Below, piece by piece: positions 28,197 to 38,467 of a stretch of 64,000 nt of DNA; within the stretch, counting starts at the first letter, position 1, and each line of letters begins with the position of its first letter. Under the pieces are notes generated by a model. The model worked only from the letters and a program-made list of their open reading frames with translations, did no database searches and had not been told where the DNA came from. A program made the position numbers and the translations under genes. The DNA comes from a virus. Lineage: Duplodnaviria; Caudoviricetes. The stretch spans positions 1-64,000 of the IMG/VR virus record IMGVR_UViG_3300030061_001386. One strand, given 5' to 3'.

Positions 28197-30938
28197 TCAC
28201 CTAAAGTTTGCCTTGAGAAAATACACACCTTCCTTCGGTACACCGTGTTTCTTACTCAACTCATCCATTGAGTTTGTTTCAGTAACAATGTTCTCAATTT
28301 CATATGCAGTTATATCAACATTATATTTTGATTTCATGATAAGCATAGCAGAATGAATATGTTCGTAATTGTCAACCTTACCTGTATTATAGTAAACAGG
28401 CTTACCTAACATCTTTCGAATATTATCATGTGCATCTAATAGTTTAGAATCTAAGTCACTCCTAAGAATCTTCATGTCGTCTACTGCAATAATAAATCTC
28501 TGAACGATTGTGTTAGAACCTTTACTTTTTCTATCACTACCACGAACCATAGTTCTCTTACTACCACTATAACCACCCACGTTTCTCTTAATGTGAGATT
28601 CTATTGCCTCAAATGGATACACCTTAGATTCATCATACATCTCATTCCATTCTGCCGGAGTCTTACCTCTTGCATTAGGAAACTTTTCCCCTTCAGGCCA
28701 ATCAATATTATTTGCTTCTAATACCTTATGTAAGTATGAACCAAACTCTATGTTAGTTTCTTGAGATAATATCGAGTTTCTTTTATTCATTAAAACAAAG
28801 TTCACTGCCTTTATTCCTTTAGTTAGTTCATTTACTAACCTACCTATATCTTTCTTGTCATCCACTGAACTCAAAAACTCTAACATTCTAGTCAAGTCTT
28901 CTAACTCAGTTGGTTTTACCATCATATATCCTGACCTGCCTTCTAGTGCTAACACCTTAAACAATGCAGTATCAGTTCTACCAGTTGCTAATGCTCTGAA
29001 TATTCTTTGGGTTTTACTTGTTTTAGTGTCGAACGGAAACTCATCATCGAATGGTTTGTTAGACCCACTAATTGCAACCACGAAATAATCTAAGACTTCT
29101 TGAATCAAATCATCAAACTCTTCCCTTGCTTCTTCTATATCTGCTAAGTGGTCTTTTCTGTTTACTGTTCCTAATTGTGGTCTTGACTGTGGAGGCACAC
29201 CATCACTAGAAGAACCGACTGTGGCTTTAGCAGGAGCAGACGCTCTATCTAAATCATCACCCGCATCTAGTATTTTACTCAGGTTATCTAAAAACTCTCC
29301 AATATTCCTTAACCTATTGTTAATTCCTCTTTCAGTATTCATGGCTTTATCGTCAGTATTCCAACTTTCTGTAACCATGAACCTATTCACTGTTTTTGTT
29401 AGTGGTAGATAATATGGGCCATTTCCTCCTCTAGCCATTGTCTTTTCTACTGCATCAACATATTCATTAATTTCGTCATCCATGTCAACACCCGTTGACA
29501 TTTCTCTAGCCGCCCCTGCACTCAGCATTGCTTCCCTTAATGTGTTAATGTCATTTCTAAAAGCAACAGTATCTTTGAATGCTCCACTATCCTTTGTAAA
29601 AGCATGGTAGAAAAGAGGGTCAACCTTTTGCGTAAGTCTTTCTAATTTAAGCCCAAACCTAGATAACTCTTCCATTTCTTTCTTGTTCTCTGCCGCCCTT
29701 ACATTTCTTTCTTGAGTAACAGCATCATCAGAATCAAACGTTTCCCCGCCATCTTCTACGGTAATAGTCTCCTTGTAATCTCCACTATCTTTATCATAGT
29801 AGCCTTCTCTTCTAGCACTTCTATCATCAGAAGTATCCTTTAGATTATCTAATCCTACATCAGCAATAAACTTCTCATACAAGGCAAGTCCCTTGTGTCT
29901 CTTAAAGTAGGGTTCTAGTTCTTTAGGATTAATTTTCACAACATAGTCTAACTCACCATTATTGATAATAGACTTGAAAGAAAGGAACTTATCTATTACT
30001 TCTGCAATCTCCTGTTTGTCTTTATCGTCTTTATTTTCTTCTGTGTTTAACATATCTCTAATAGGAAGAAAGGCTTCATTACATGCATTATATGCTTCTT
30101 TGAAATCATTATACTTACCCTTATGACCTTTCCAAAAATTGTAAATCCTATTACGTCTATCTAATCTTTTAAGGTCAAGTTCACCAATTATTAGGTCAGC
30201 GTCTAAATGAATTATTTGTTCTTCTACCTCATCTAATGGTCTTAAAACTGAAAGTAGTGGCTGAAGTCTTCTTTGAATAGCAGGAGTTTGATTCTGAATA
30301 ACATACTTCCATTTGTTAATCTCTCTCATGTTTACGTTTCTATTTCTAAGTGAAACTCTAGTTAGTCTCCTATCTCCTTCTATTGTATTCTCATACGTTA
30401 ACATTTTACCATTTTCATCTAAGAAGTTCTTCAGAGTTTTATTTAGTAGTGCTTTGTCTCTTTGAATTGTTTTACTATCATCAATCTCATCTGTGTCTAA
30501 GTCGGTACTCTTAACGCCGCCTTTAACCTCTGATAGTTTTAATAATGTTTTAACCATTATATCTCTAGTAGATTTTGGAATCTCACTAAACCCTTTGTAC
30601 TTATTGTTAATGTCTTCAACTAGAATATTAGTTAACTCACCCAGTTGTTTTCCTTTGAGTTGATATTTACTAGATAGAGTCTTCTTATCATTTCCAAAGA
30701 AGTCATTATCGTTGACTAAGAAAGTATGTAGAAACTCAGGTTTGAATCCATCATCATAATCATCAAGTCTATCGTCTGCTTCCATTTCTATTTTACTTTG
30801 TAAGTTTTTTAATTGTGTAGGTTTCAAATCCCTATATTCTTCAGACTCTTTAACTTTCTTTTCAGCAAAGTCTTCCATCGAATCAGGATTAACCATTAGT
30901 GTTTGGAATGCTTCGTATAGTTCAGTATCTTCTATCAT
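28197..30938 (-). CDS. Large acidic hypothetical protein (candidate virion internal protein)
   Basis: 913-aa ORF in the late operon; no motif recognised. Confidence 0.6.
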   Translation of the reverse strand: MIEDTELYEAFQTLMVNPDSMEDFAEKKVKESEEYRDLKPTQLKNLQSKIEMEADDRLDDYDDGFKPEFLHTFLVNDNDFFGNDKKTLSSKYQLKGKQLGELTNILVEDINNKYKGFSEIPKSTRDIMVKTLLKLSEVKGGVKSTDLDTDEIDDSKTIQRDKALLNKTLKNFLDENGKMLTYENTIEGDRRLTRVSLRNRNVNMREINKWKYVIQNQTPAIQRRLQPLLSVLRPLDEVEEQIIHLDADLIIGELDLKRLDRRNRIYNFWKGHKGKYNDFKEAYNACNEAFLPIRDMLNTEENKDDKDKQEIAEVIDKFLSFKSIINNGELDYVVKINPKELEPYFKRHKGLALYEKFIADVGLDNLKDTSDDRSARREGYYDKDSGDYKETITVEDGGETFDSDDAVTQERNVRAAENKKEMEELSRFGLKLERLTQKVDPLFYHAFTKDSGAFKDTVAFRNDINTLREAMLSAGAAREMSTGVDMDDEINEYVDAVEKTMARGGNGPYYLPLTKTVNRFMVTESWNTDDKAMNTERGINNRLRNIGEFLDNLSKILDAGDDLDRASAPAKATVGSSSDGVPPQSRPQLGTVNRKDHLADIEEAREEFDDLIQEVLDYFVVAISGSNKPFDDEFPFDTKTSKTQRIFRALATGRTDTALFKVLALEGRSGYMMVKPTELEDLTRMLEFLSSVDDKKDIGRLVNELTKGIKAVNFVLMNKRNSILSQETNIEFGSYLHKVLEANNIDWPEGEKFPNARGKTPAEWNEMYDESKVYPFEAIESHIKRNVGGYSGSKRTMVRGSDRKSKGSNTIVQRFIIAVDDMKILRSDLDSKLLDAHDNIRKMLGKPVYYNTGKVDNYEHIHSAMLIMKSKYNVDITAYEIENIVTETNSMDELSKKHGVPKEGVYFLKANFR

Positions 30939-32725
30939 GCTCTACCACCTTCACTAGCAATCCATTGGTACGGTTGAGTTGCTCCCTTTTTATTATGTAG
31001 TATAGGCTTCTCCATAACCTCAGACATTTTCTCTTTTATTCTAGTTAGTAATTCTTTATGAATATTAGAATAAGTTTCAACTAATTCTTGTTTGAACTTG
31101 TCTATTCCTTCAGAGGTTCTCTCCTTTTTTAGTTTTCTTAGAGAGATTTGTAGGTTTCTATCACCTAACATGTATCCTTCTAGTTGTACTAACATAGTAA
31201 GTAAATCTGAAAATTGCAATGATTGTTTAGATGACACCTTGAAGTCTTTCAACTTCTTTCGTGTGTCTCCTACTTGACCTAAATAATTACCAATTGGGTC
31301 ATTATCAATATCCTCGAATAAAAATTGTAATGTTGGAATACGTTGTGGGTCAGTTATAGAAACAGTTCCTTCTGCTTTCTCTTCCATTTCTTTTAATGCC
31401 GCTAATATCTGTTCAGGTTCTCCAAACTCAACATCACCAACTCTCATGGTTTTTACAGAGCGTCTAACTCTAGAACCAAAAATATGCCCTAGTTCTTTTC
31501 TAACTAATTCTTGTTGTGGCTTTGTCGAACTTCCTTCCATTATAGCAACAAGTGCATCTCGCAAATCTGTCTTTAGAGTATATCTCCTAACTTGTGTTTT
31601 AGAAACTAATTCTTCATACTCCTTTCCTAGTTCTGCATTATACACTGCTGTTTTGAATTGACCATATCCTTTTGTTTGAGTTGGTGTAATACCTTTTTCA
31701 CGTTGATATTTACTAGAAACCCCAGTCTTTACAAACTTATTATACAATGCAACAATCTCTGCGTTATCTACAAGACCATCTCTAATGTCCTGCATAAATT
31801 GCTTCTCTTGTAGGGACTGCTTAGTTTGAGTTTTAACAAATCCAACATCTAGATTCAAAGTATCATTATTCAAAATATAATCCAAAGCAGGATATATTCT
31901 ACTAGTTGAGGCTGAACTTTTTTCTGCCCCAAAGAACTCTCGCTGTATGACTTGCATTGCCCTATTTACACTTTTAACATTTTCAAAATCAGTTAGGTTT
32001 GGCATAAATGGTTCTCTTGCTTGTCCTCTTATTGAACTAATAACCATCTTTAGATACTCTACTGCGAATGAATCTGATATAGTTGAAACATCTAACTTCT
32101 GAGAAGATATAACATCGTCTTCCTTATACTCATCAAGACCAAACACTTTTCCTAATACAGTTCTAACAATTTCTTTATCCGGTTTTCCACCTTGTAATAG
32201 TTTGGCCTGTTCAGGACTCATAAACTCAGGAAGAGTGACCGTCAACTTGCTACCTGAAACAAATGAAAGACCTTCTAATTTATCAGTTTCAAATGTCAAA
32301 GGTAATTGTAGTTCTATACCATCTGTAATATAGCCATAAAGTTCCGGCTTATCCTTGATGTAATTGAATATCTTTTCACCATTTTCTTCATCCCACCTAA
32401 GTAGCCTACTAGTCTTAGCACCTGATTTAGCAGTTCCCTTTTCTAAGAAAGTAATTAGAGGTTTGTGATTACCTGCAAGAAAGTCCTCATATAATTTTAT
32501 TTCTTTAGGATTCTTATAATCATCATCTTTTTTTGAAGCACCTAACTTATCCAACAGAGGTTGAAACGCTTTCTCAGGCAAACCATCTTCTATCAAATTA
32601 TTGACTGCCCTTCTAATTTGAGACTTACCATGATTAGCAAGTATCTCATCAAAGTTACCTGACTTTCTAGAAGCAACAATCTTATCACTGAGAGTTTGCC
32701 TTTTCAGAATCTCTGTCCAATTCAT
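30935..32725 (-). CDS. Large hypothetical protein, WxxILK leader
   Basis: Starts MNWTEILKR. Confidence 0.6.
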   Translation of the reverse strand: MNWTEILKRQTLSDKIVASRKSGNFDEILANHGKSQIRRAVNNLIEDGLPEKAFQPLLDKLGASKKDDDYKNPKEIKLYEDFLAGNHKPLITFLEKGTAKSGAKTSRLLRWDEENGEKIFNYIKDKPELYGYITDGIELQLPLTFETDKLEGLSFVSGSKLTVTLPEFMSPEQAKLLQGGKPDKEIVRTVLGKVFGLDEYKEDDVISSQKLDVSTISDSFAVEYLKMVISSIRGQAREPFMPNLTDFENVKSVNRAMQVIQREFFGAEKSSASTSRIYPALDYILNNDTLNLDVGFVKTQTKQSLQEKQFMQDIRDGLVDNAEIVALYNKFVKTGVSSKYQREKGITPTQTKGYGQFKTAVYNAELGKEYEELVSKTQVRRYTLKTDLRDALVAIMEGSSTKPQQELVRKELGHIFGSRVRRSVKTMRVGDVEFGEPEQILAALKEMEEKAEGTVSITDPQRIPTLQFLFEDIDNDPIGNYLGQVGDTRKKLKDFKVSSKQSLQFSDLLTMLVQLEGYMLGDRNLQISLRKLKKERTSEGIDKFKQELVETYSNIHKELLTRIKEKMSEVMEKPILHNKKGATQPYQWIASEGGRA

Positions 32726-33936
32726 TCTTTCACCCCTATTAATTGACTAAACCATTCTAATGATTTCCTAAACTGGCTATTGTGTCGTTGTGCAGGAGTC
32801 ATCCGTTGCCATCTCTGAGGAGAAATCGAGCGAGGTCTTCTAATTTGACTCTCATTAAGTCGTGAATGTCTTTCTTGCTTTTCGCTTCGTTGTTTTATAG
32901 CATCTGCCATTCTATTCATTTCTTCAGCATCAACCCATGTTGGGTCTTTTTTGACTTGTGCTATTGCGTTGGCTAACTCATATTGTAAACTTTTACGAAC
33001 CCATTCATAATATCTTTTAACTAATCTATCCATAGTTTCTCCGCCTGAAAAATACACAATCAATGAATTAATAGTTGATTCACGGTTTAAGTGTTCTAGC
33101 ATTTTTTCATTATGCCTAGTTTGTAATGCCTCCAAAACTAACCTTTCATTTGATAGTATAGACTCTTTAAGATTTTCAGAATCCTTATATCTACCCTTGT
33201 ATGCTTCATGTTCTTCAGGTATATCAGGTGTAAACTGCTTTAGTGATTCTTCAAACCCTCTAACTCTATATGCAGATAAACTGTTATTTTTCATTACCTC
33301 TTGCGAAAACATTTCTTTTATTCTACCAGTAAAATATTTTTTGAACTTGTCCTGAACTACATTTTCATCAGCATCCAAAAGTGCAAGTTTTTTTCCTTCT
33401 TCTAAAAAACGTTGATACTGTTGCATAGTTCTTTGATGCTTACCATATTTTCTTGGCTTGTTTGGATATTTCATACGCCCACTTGCTATTGTTTCTTTTC
33501 TAGGTGAAAAGAAATATTCTACTGCATCAGGATATTCATTAGTAGTATCTTCCTGAATAGTTTTCCTAACTAAAGTAACGTGCCATTCAGGAAACTTTTC
33601 CCTTAGTTCACTTAATTTACCACTTCCCATAGGTCTTTCTGTTATTAGACGAAGCCCTCTCCAAAGATATTTGCTCGAACCTCTTGGCGACTCACTAAAC
33701 ACTTCTTTACTTTCTCCATGCTTATCAGCAATAGTACGTCTAATTGATGGGTCTATTTCGCCTGTTTGGATTTTAAGGGCGGTAACATCTAAATCATATT
33801 CATTTAATCTTCTATCAAGTTCTTTGAGTTTTAACTCATATTCAGCCTCACGTTCAATGTCTGAACTTCTCATTGGTTGTTTTTTACCATCAGCCCCTAC
33901 AACCATTGGCATTTTCAAAACGCTAAACCAACTCAT
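32722..33936 (-). CDS. Hypothetical protein, WxxVLK leader
   Basis: Starts MSWFSVLKM. Confidence 0.6.
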   Translation of the reverse strand: MSWFSVLKMPMVVGADGKKQPMRSSDIEREAEYELKLKELDRRLNEYDLDVTALKIQTGEIDPSIRRTIADKHGESKEVFSESPRGSSKYLWRGLRLITERPMGSGKLSELREKFPEWHVTLVRKTIQEDTTNEYPDAVEYFFSPRKETIASGRMKYPNKPRKYGKHQRTMQQYQRFLEEGKKLALLDADENVVQDKFKKYFTGRIKEMFSQEVMKNNSLSAYRVRGFEESLKQFTPDIPEEHEAYKGRYKDSENLKESILSNERLVLEALQTRHNEKMLEHLNRESTINSLIVYFSGGETMDRLVKRYYEWVRKSLQYELANAIAQVKKDPTWVDAEEMNRMADAIKQRSEKQERHSRLNESQIRRPRSISPQRWQRMTPAQRHNSQFRKSLEWFSQLIGVKE

Positions 33937-34526
33937 TGTAACTCCTCCAACTCAGGTTCTAAAATCTCCTTCTCATCTTCCTTCCTTCTTGAAGTTGAAT
34001 CTTTAGGAGACTTATATCCTCTACCTCGTAAACCAGTTCCTTTTGATTTACCAGTTCTTTTAATGATATCAACCCAACTTTTTATTATTCCCATTCTTTT
34101 CATCCATTGTTGCTCACGATAAACGTCTTCAGGGCGTTTTTTTGGACTAAAAGTTTTACGAGAGTCTCTCAACATTTTTTCCCTCTCTTCCTTAAAATCT
34201 CTCGCTGCTATATTGATGGATTGTTTGAAAGCACGATAGAGTTCTTCTTCTCCATCTCCTTGTTCTCCCATTTTTGAAGTGTACATCAAATGTGGCCCTT
34301 GAGCCATGTACAACTCCCCATCACGAAACTTGAACTCATACACTGAACGTCTATCTTCACCCGCAATTTTTGACCTTAGAGTTAACTCAAAATCATCTCC
34401 CATTTTTCTGTTTATTCTTATTATCATGGTTCTGTCGCCAAACTTTTCTATGCCTTCTCTTCTAGCAATATCCTTTAGCCTTGATTGCATAGGCGTTAAC
34501 TGTTTTATTATATTGAACCAACTCAT
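33933..34526 (-). CDS. Hypothetical protein with two motif copies
   Basis: MSWFNIIKQ and internal SWVDIIKR; flanked by an 18-bp direct repeat. Confidence 0.6.
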   Translation of the reverse strand: MSWFNIIKQLTPMQSRLKDIARREGIEKFGDRTMIIRINRKMGDDFELTLRSKIAGEDRRSVYEFKFRDGELYMAQGPHLMYTSKMGEQGDGEEELYRAFKQSINIAARDFKEEREKMLRDSRKTFSPKKRPEDVYREQQWMKRMGIIKSWVDIIKRTGKSKGTGLRGRGYKSPKDSTSRRKEDEKEILEPELEELQ

Positions 34527-35179
34527 TGTAACTTATCCTCCATTTGCTTTCTAACGTCTAACCAAACTTCAGGATGATTCTGTGCCAATACTTCTTTGAT
34601 GATTTGCATTTGGTGAATAATAACAGTGTCTTGTCTCTTGTGGACTAACTTACCCTTGAACTCCATTAGATACTTCAAAGATTCACGAACCTCTTTTGCT
34701 AACTTAGTTAGTGAATCTATGTACTTAGCATCCAAATCATCTGAATCCATGAGTTGGTCTAACTTACCTTCAAGCCTAGAGATGTTACCACTAAGAGTAT
34801 CAATCTCATTTACTTCCTTAACTGCTAGAATATGTGCGGCGGCTTTTTGGACTAGAGGTTGAGTGTGTTGTTTTATGTGTCTGACAACTTGCTCCTTAGA
34901 ACTACCAACAATCTTAGCCGCTAAATCAGGAGTCATATCTCCACTGTAAAGTTCTTGCTCAATTTCTGAACGGTTCTCATATGTACATAGTTTACATCTT
35001 GGATTTGAAGCATCTGCATATCCTTCCATGTGATTACGTTGATGTTTTGCACTTGTGCCACTAGGCCAATTCATTCTAATATCCAAATCATCAGGTGAAC
35101 AAATCATAGTCTCCAAATCAGATTCAAGGGATTCCCTGTCCTCATGATTACAAAGCCTACAACGTTTTCTTGTTACCAT
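34523..35179 (-). CDS. Tandem CxxC...HxxxH Zn/HTH protein, candidate terminase small subunit
   Basis: Two repeats (CRLC...HQRNH and CKLC...HIKQH) plus a C-terminal coiled oligomerisation-like region; upstream of terL in the same operon. Confidence 0.45.
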   Translation of the reverse strand: MVTRKRCRLCNHEDRESLESDLETMICSPDDLDIRMNWPSGTSAKHQRNHMEGYADASNPRCKLCTYENRSEIEQELYSGDMTPDLAAKIVGSSKEQVVRHIKQHTQPLVQKAAAHILAVKEVNEIDTLSGNISRLEGKLDQLMDSDDLDAKYIDSLTKLAKEVRESLKYLMEFKGKLVHKRQDTVIIHQMQIIKEVLAQNHPEVWLDVRKQMEDKLQ

Positions 35180-35260
35180 TCAATATTCACCACAATAAGG
35201 ACACATAGTTCCTGACCAGTTATCTTCATCAATTTTCTTTATTCCTCTACAACAACTCAT
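35180..35260 (-). CDS. 26-aa Cys-rich peptide (MSCCRG...CPYCGEY)
   Basis: Exactly fills the gap between neighbours with an ATGA overlap. Confidence 0.4.
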   Translation of the reverse strand: MSCCRGIKKIDEDNWSGTMCPYCGEY

Positions 35261-36381
35261 AATCTCACCAACATATCTTGCCAATTATCAAACGACTTCT
35301 TCTGTTCATCGGGTTCAGGTCTTTCACCAAACTTGAGTGGACTTCTTGCCACATCTCCACTTGTCTGTTTGAAGTGCATTGCCATTCCTTTTGACTTGGC
35401 ACGAATAACAGCCATCCTCTTAATCTGCCTTCTAGACAACTTGAACCAACATTCTTCAATTTCATTTGGGATATTCAGATTCTTCAATGTCTTAACAGCA
35501 TCTGATTCCTTTTCATTTCTAATATCAAAAGATTGATTTTTGAACATTCTATAAATGGTAGAATCAGGAAATGAACCTGTTGTACCCTTGCCTTTATCCA
35601 AAGCAGAATCAATTACCTGTCTGATAACTGATATTGTTAGAGCCGTAGTTGCAGCCTTCGCTCCTTCAATGGGTACGGGGTTATCTTTTCCAATAGTTAA
35701 CTTGGCGTCATCTAAACGCTTTAACGCATTCTTAACAATAGTATGTAAACTAGGGGAATTGAAAGGTGAAGTATTGCCATCACCGTAAAGCACTTGCCAC
35801 ATTGGAGGTTCAGCAGTATTAGGACTAGTATTATACCATTCAGAATCTTTAGCAGGAACATCTTCATCTTTCAGTTCTCTAACTATTTCATATTGGTCAG
35901 TTCTGTAATGTCCATAAATAGGCTTAGTAGATATAACTGTCCCATTATCATCATCCCAATTACTAGGATTTGAAAATATAATATTTCTAGGGTCTGCTTT
36001 TGTTCCTTGAATACCATCCATCACACTATCTAATGCTTTGAGTGCTGTCTCTTGTTCAGGACTCATAGAAGGAGAATTGAATATAGACTTTAGTGCTTTA
36101 AAAATCTGAACTCCGCCTTTACCTTTTATCTTAGTTCCAGTCTTTCCCTTAACTCTACCTGCTATACCTTGATTCTTTACTAAATCTAGTAAACTCATTC
36201 CACTTGCTTCAGGACTTATCATACCAATAGCATCACCAGTAAGACCTTCAGCCTTTCTTTCCCAAATCTCAAACTCTTGTCTAAATGACTTAGCCTGAAT
36301 ATCAGTAGTGGCCTTACTACCATCAGGTAGTTTTACTGCCATACCTTTCTTTTTTCTTACGGGCTTTTTTCTTGCTACCAC
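35257..36381 (-). CDS. Hypothetical protein
   Basis: 374 aa; basic N-terminus; ends NWQDMLVRL. Confidence 0.6.
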   Translation of the reverse strand: MVARKKPVRKKKGMAVKLPDGSKATTDIQAKSFRQEFEIWERKAEGLTGDAIGMISPEASGMSLLDLVKNQGIAGRVKGKTGTKIKGKGGVQIFKALKSIFNSPSMSPEQETALKALDSVMDGIQGTKADPRNIIFSNPSNWDDDNGTVISTKPIYGHYRTDQYEIVRELKDEDVPAKDSEWYNTSPNTAEPPMWQVLYGDGNTSPFNSPSLHTIVKNALKRLDDAKLTIGKDNPVPIEGAKAATTALTISVIRQVIDSALDKGKGTTGSFPDSTIYRMFKNQSFDIRNEKESDAVKTLKNLNIPNEIEECWFKLSRRQIKRMAVIRAKSKGMAMHFKQTSGDVARSPLKFGERPEPDEQKKSFDNWQDMLVRL

Positions 36382-37144
36382 GTTTTTTTCCCCCTCCTGT
36401 TTTATTGTTGAATAATGCCGATGTTCCTGTTGCGGTAGTAGTAACTGCCCCTCCCATTCTTAGTATGTTAAACCAAGAATCATCATCGGCGTTTACTGAA
36501 CCCTGCATAGTCGCACTATGATGAAGACTATCAAACTTGCTAATATTAACATTAGTACCTTTATTCGATGCTTCTACAAACTCCCACATTTTCAATCTAG
36601 GAGTAATACCATGTTCTCTAGCCCATGCCATTGTTTTCATATCATTTTCTTTAGCCTTTGTTCTTAACTCACTAACAACCTTAGAAGCCGCTTCACGAAT
36701 GTTTTCATCCACCGAATAGTGTTGAGACAAACCATCTAATGCTTGTATCTCTTTATCCATCATTCCATACGCAACTAGTTCCTGTGCATTTCCATCTTTT
36801 ATTCTAGCATCTAAAAAATTACTAGAATTAGCCTTTTTCCATTCTTGCCATTCTCTAGCGAATACAGGGTCTTCCATTGTTATTTTATGAAGATACTCAT
36901 GGGTAAGAGTATCACTAAGTAAATCTACTACCTTTTCTTCAGAAACTTCAGGGTTATCCATTAATTTCTTAAACGCATTTAGAAAGATAGTGGTTTCACC
37001 AGTCTTAGGTTTGTAAACTCCGGCCATAGTTATAGGTGGTTTATTGATTTGTTTTAGAAACCAATTAACTCCACGCAATACTTTACCTGCTTTTCCTCCT
37101 AATTTAAATTGGAAGTCTTTTCTAATTGGGTCAAAGTAACTCAT
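36323..37144 (-). CDS. Putative zincin-like metallopeptidase-domain protein
   Basis: AGVY...TIFL...TLTHEYLH (HExxH) with a downstream E; internal SWFNILR before a basic tail. Confidence 0.55.
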   Translation of the reverse strand: MSYFDPIRKDFQFKLGGKAGKVLRGVNWFLKQINKPPITMAGVYKPKTGETTIFLNAFKKLMDNPEVSEEKVVDLLSDTLTHEYLHKITMEDPVFAREWQEWKKANSSNFLDARIKDGNAQELVAYGMMDKEIQALDGLSQHYSVDENIREAASKVVSELRTKAKENDMKTMAWAREHGITPRLKMWEFVEASNKGTNVNISKFDSLHHSATMQGSVNADDDSWFNILRMGGAVTTTATGTSALFNNKTGGGKKRGSKKKARKKKERYGSKTT

Positions 37145-37400
37145 TTCTTTCTCCCCTTCTTAGGTGTAAGTATGTTCCTTGCAGTTTGCGAACAGTACCT
37201 TATTTTCTGAGTTGATTCTAGTGTCCAAAAAGAATCTCTTTCTAAACCAAACTTATCTTCAATATGACAACATAACTCGCAAAATCGTCATCTATCTCTA
37301 AACCAAGAACAGGGCCAGTAGGATGAACTAACTTCTTATCTAACCAAACATACACATTACCCATGAATGCAATCAACTTTCTAATTAGCCACTGCTTCAT
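37141..37400 (-). pseudogene. Small gene apparently split by a frameshift near 37275
   Basis: MKQWLIRK...DDDFAS frame stops at 37242; another frame (ELCCHIEDKFGLERDSFW...KGRKK) runs to TGA at 37141, overlapping the next ATG. Confidence 0.4.
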
Positions 37401-37500
37401 TCTACATACGCCCCACAATAAGAACAGAAACAACCCTGACTTGAAAACTCTATCATTCTAACCCACTCACAAGTAAAACAAATACCAACAAACGGTTGCA

Positions 37501-38142
37501 TCAGTTACCACCTAATCTAGTTTCCCTATCGGTTAGTTGTTCTCTAGCATTCCAAGTCCCACTCCAAATGTCTCTGAAATTAGAACTGCCTTCTCTTTCT
37601 TTCCATTCCTTATACCCATGAACACTATTAAGAATTAATACCTTTCTTAGAGGCGGATTCAGCCAACCATTAACGTCTTTAATTAATCCTTCAGTATTCA
37701 ACGAATTAAGTAATTTAGTAGGTGTCAAATTAACGTCTGTTGCAAACTCAAGCCTTCGCTTAATATCTTGCACTGTATAGGAAAAGGTTGAATCTACATT
37801 TCCTTTACCTTCAGAGTCTTTATCTCCTGCACTAACAAAAGCATCATACGTTCCGGCCATTAACCCTTTATTCTCAATAGCCACTATTGCATCTTTCAAA
37901 GGGTATTGTTTATGATTGCGTAATCTAGCATATTTTTTTGCTTGGCTATTAAAGTGCGGCCTGACGATAACCATCGTTCCACTTTTAGTTCTGAAGATAT
38001 GACATTTGTCAAAGTTAGGCTTTACTTTATCTTCTAAGAAAAGAGTAGGTACAGCGAGAAAATTAGCCATCGGACTAACAGACCCATCATCCCCTGAGAA
38101 CTTCAACACATCGAACCATGACGGACTTATATCAAAGGGCAA
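37501..38142 (-). CDS. Hypothetical protein with SWFDVLK near the N-terminus
   Basis: ORF plus shared motif. Confidence 0.55.
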   Translation of the reverse strand: MPFDISPSWFDVLKFSGDDGSVSPMANFLAVPTLFLEDKVKPNFDKCHIFRTKSGTMVIVRPHFNSQAKKYARLRNHKQYPLKDAIVAIENKGLMAGTYDAFVSAGDKDSEGKGNVDSTFSYTVQDIKRRLEFATDVNLTPTKLLNSLNTEGLIKDVNGWLNPPLRKVLILNSVHGYKEWKEREGSSNFRDIWSGTWNAREQLTDRETRLGGN

Positions 38143-38254
38143 AATGTTTTACCCCCTTCTTTTTCAAAAAATGGGCGGTAATTTTTTTACCACTAGCGAA
38201 TTTTTTTTCGTCCATTTTATCCTATTCCCAATATAAAAATCATAAGAGTGTTAT

Positions 38255-38467
38255 TTACTTAAAGTCTGTAAGTCTTGTTTGCCTAAACACCTTATCTAGT
38301 ATCACGTTTGCTAATTCTTTTGTAGCCGATTTTATTGCAACAAGTTTTCTATCTAAAGAAGGCTCTAATCGGCCATGTGCCTTAATATCGTTGATTTCTT
38401 CTCGTATGCTAGACAGTATTGCATTGGCTTTTTCTAGCAATTCACGATTTAATGCCTCATCTGCCAT
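38255..38467 (-). CDS. Small helical hypothetical protein
   Basis: Probable ATG start MADEALNRE. Confidence 0.45.
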   Translation of the reverse strand: MADEALNRELLEKANAILSSIREEINDIKAHGRLEPSLDRKLVAIKSATKELANVILDKVFRQTRLTDFK

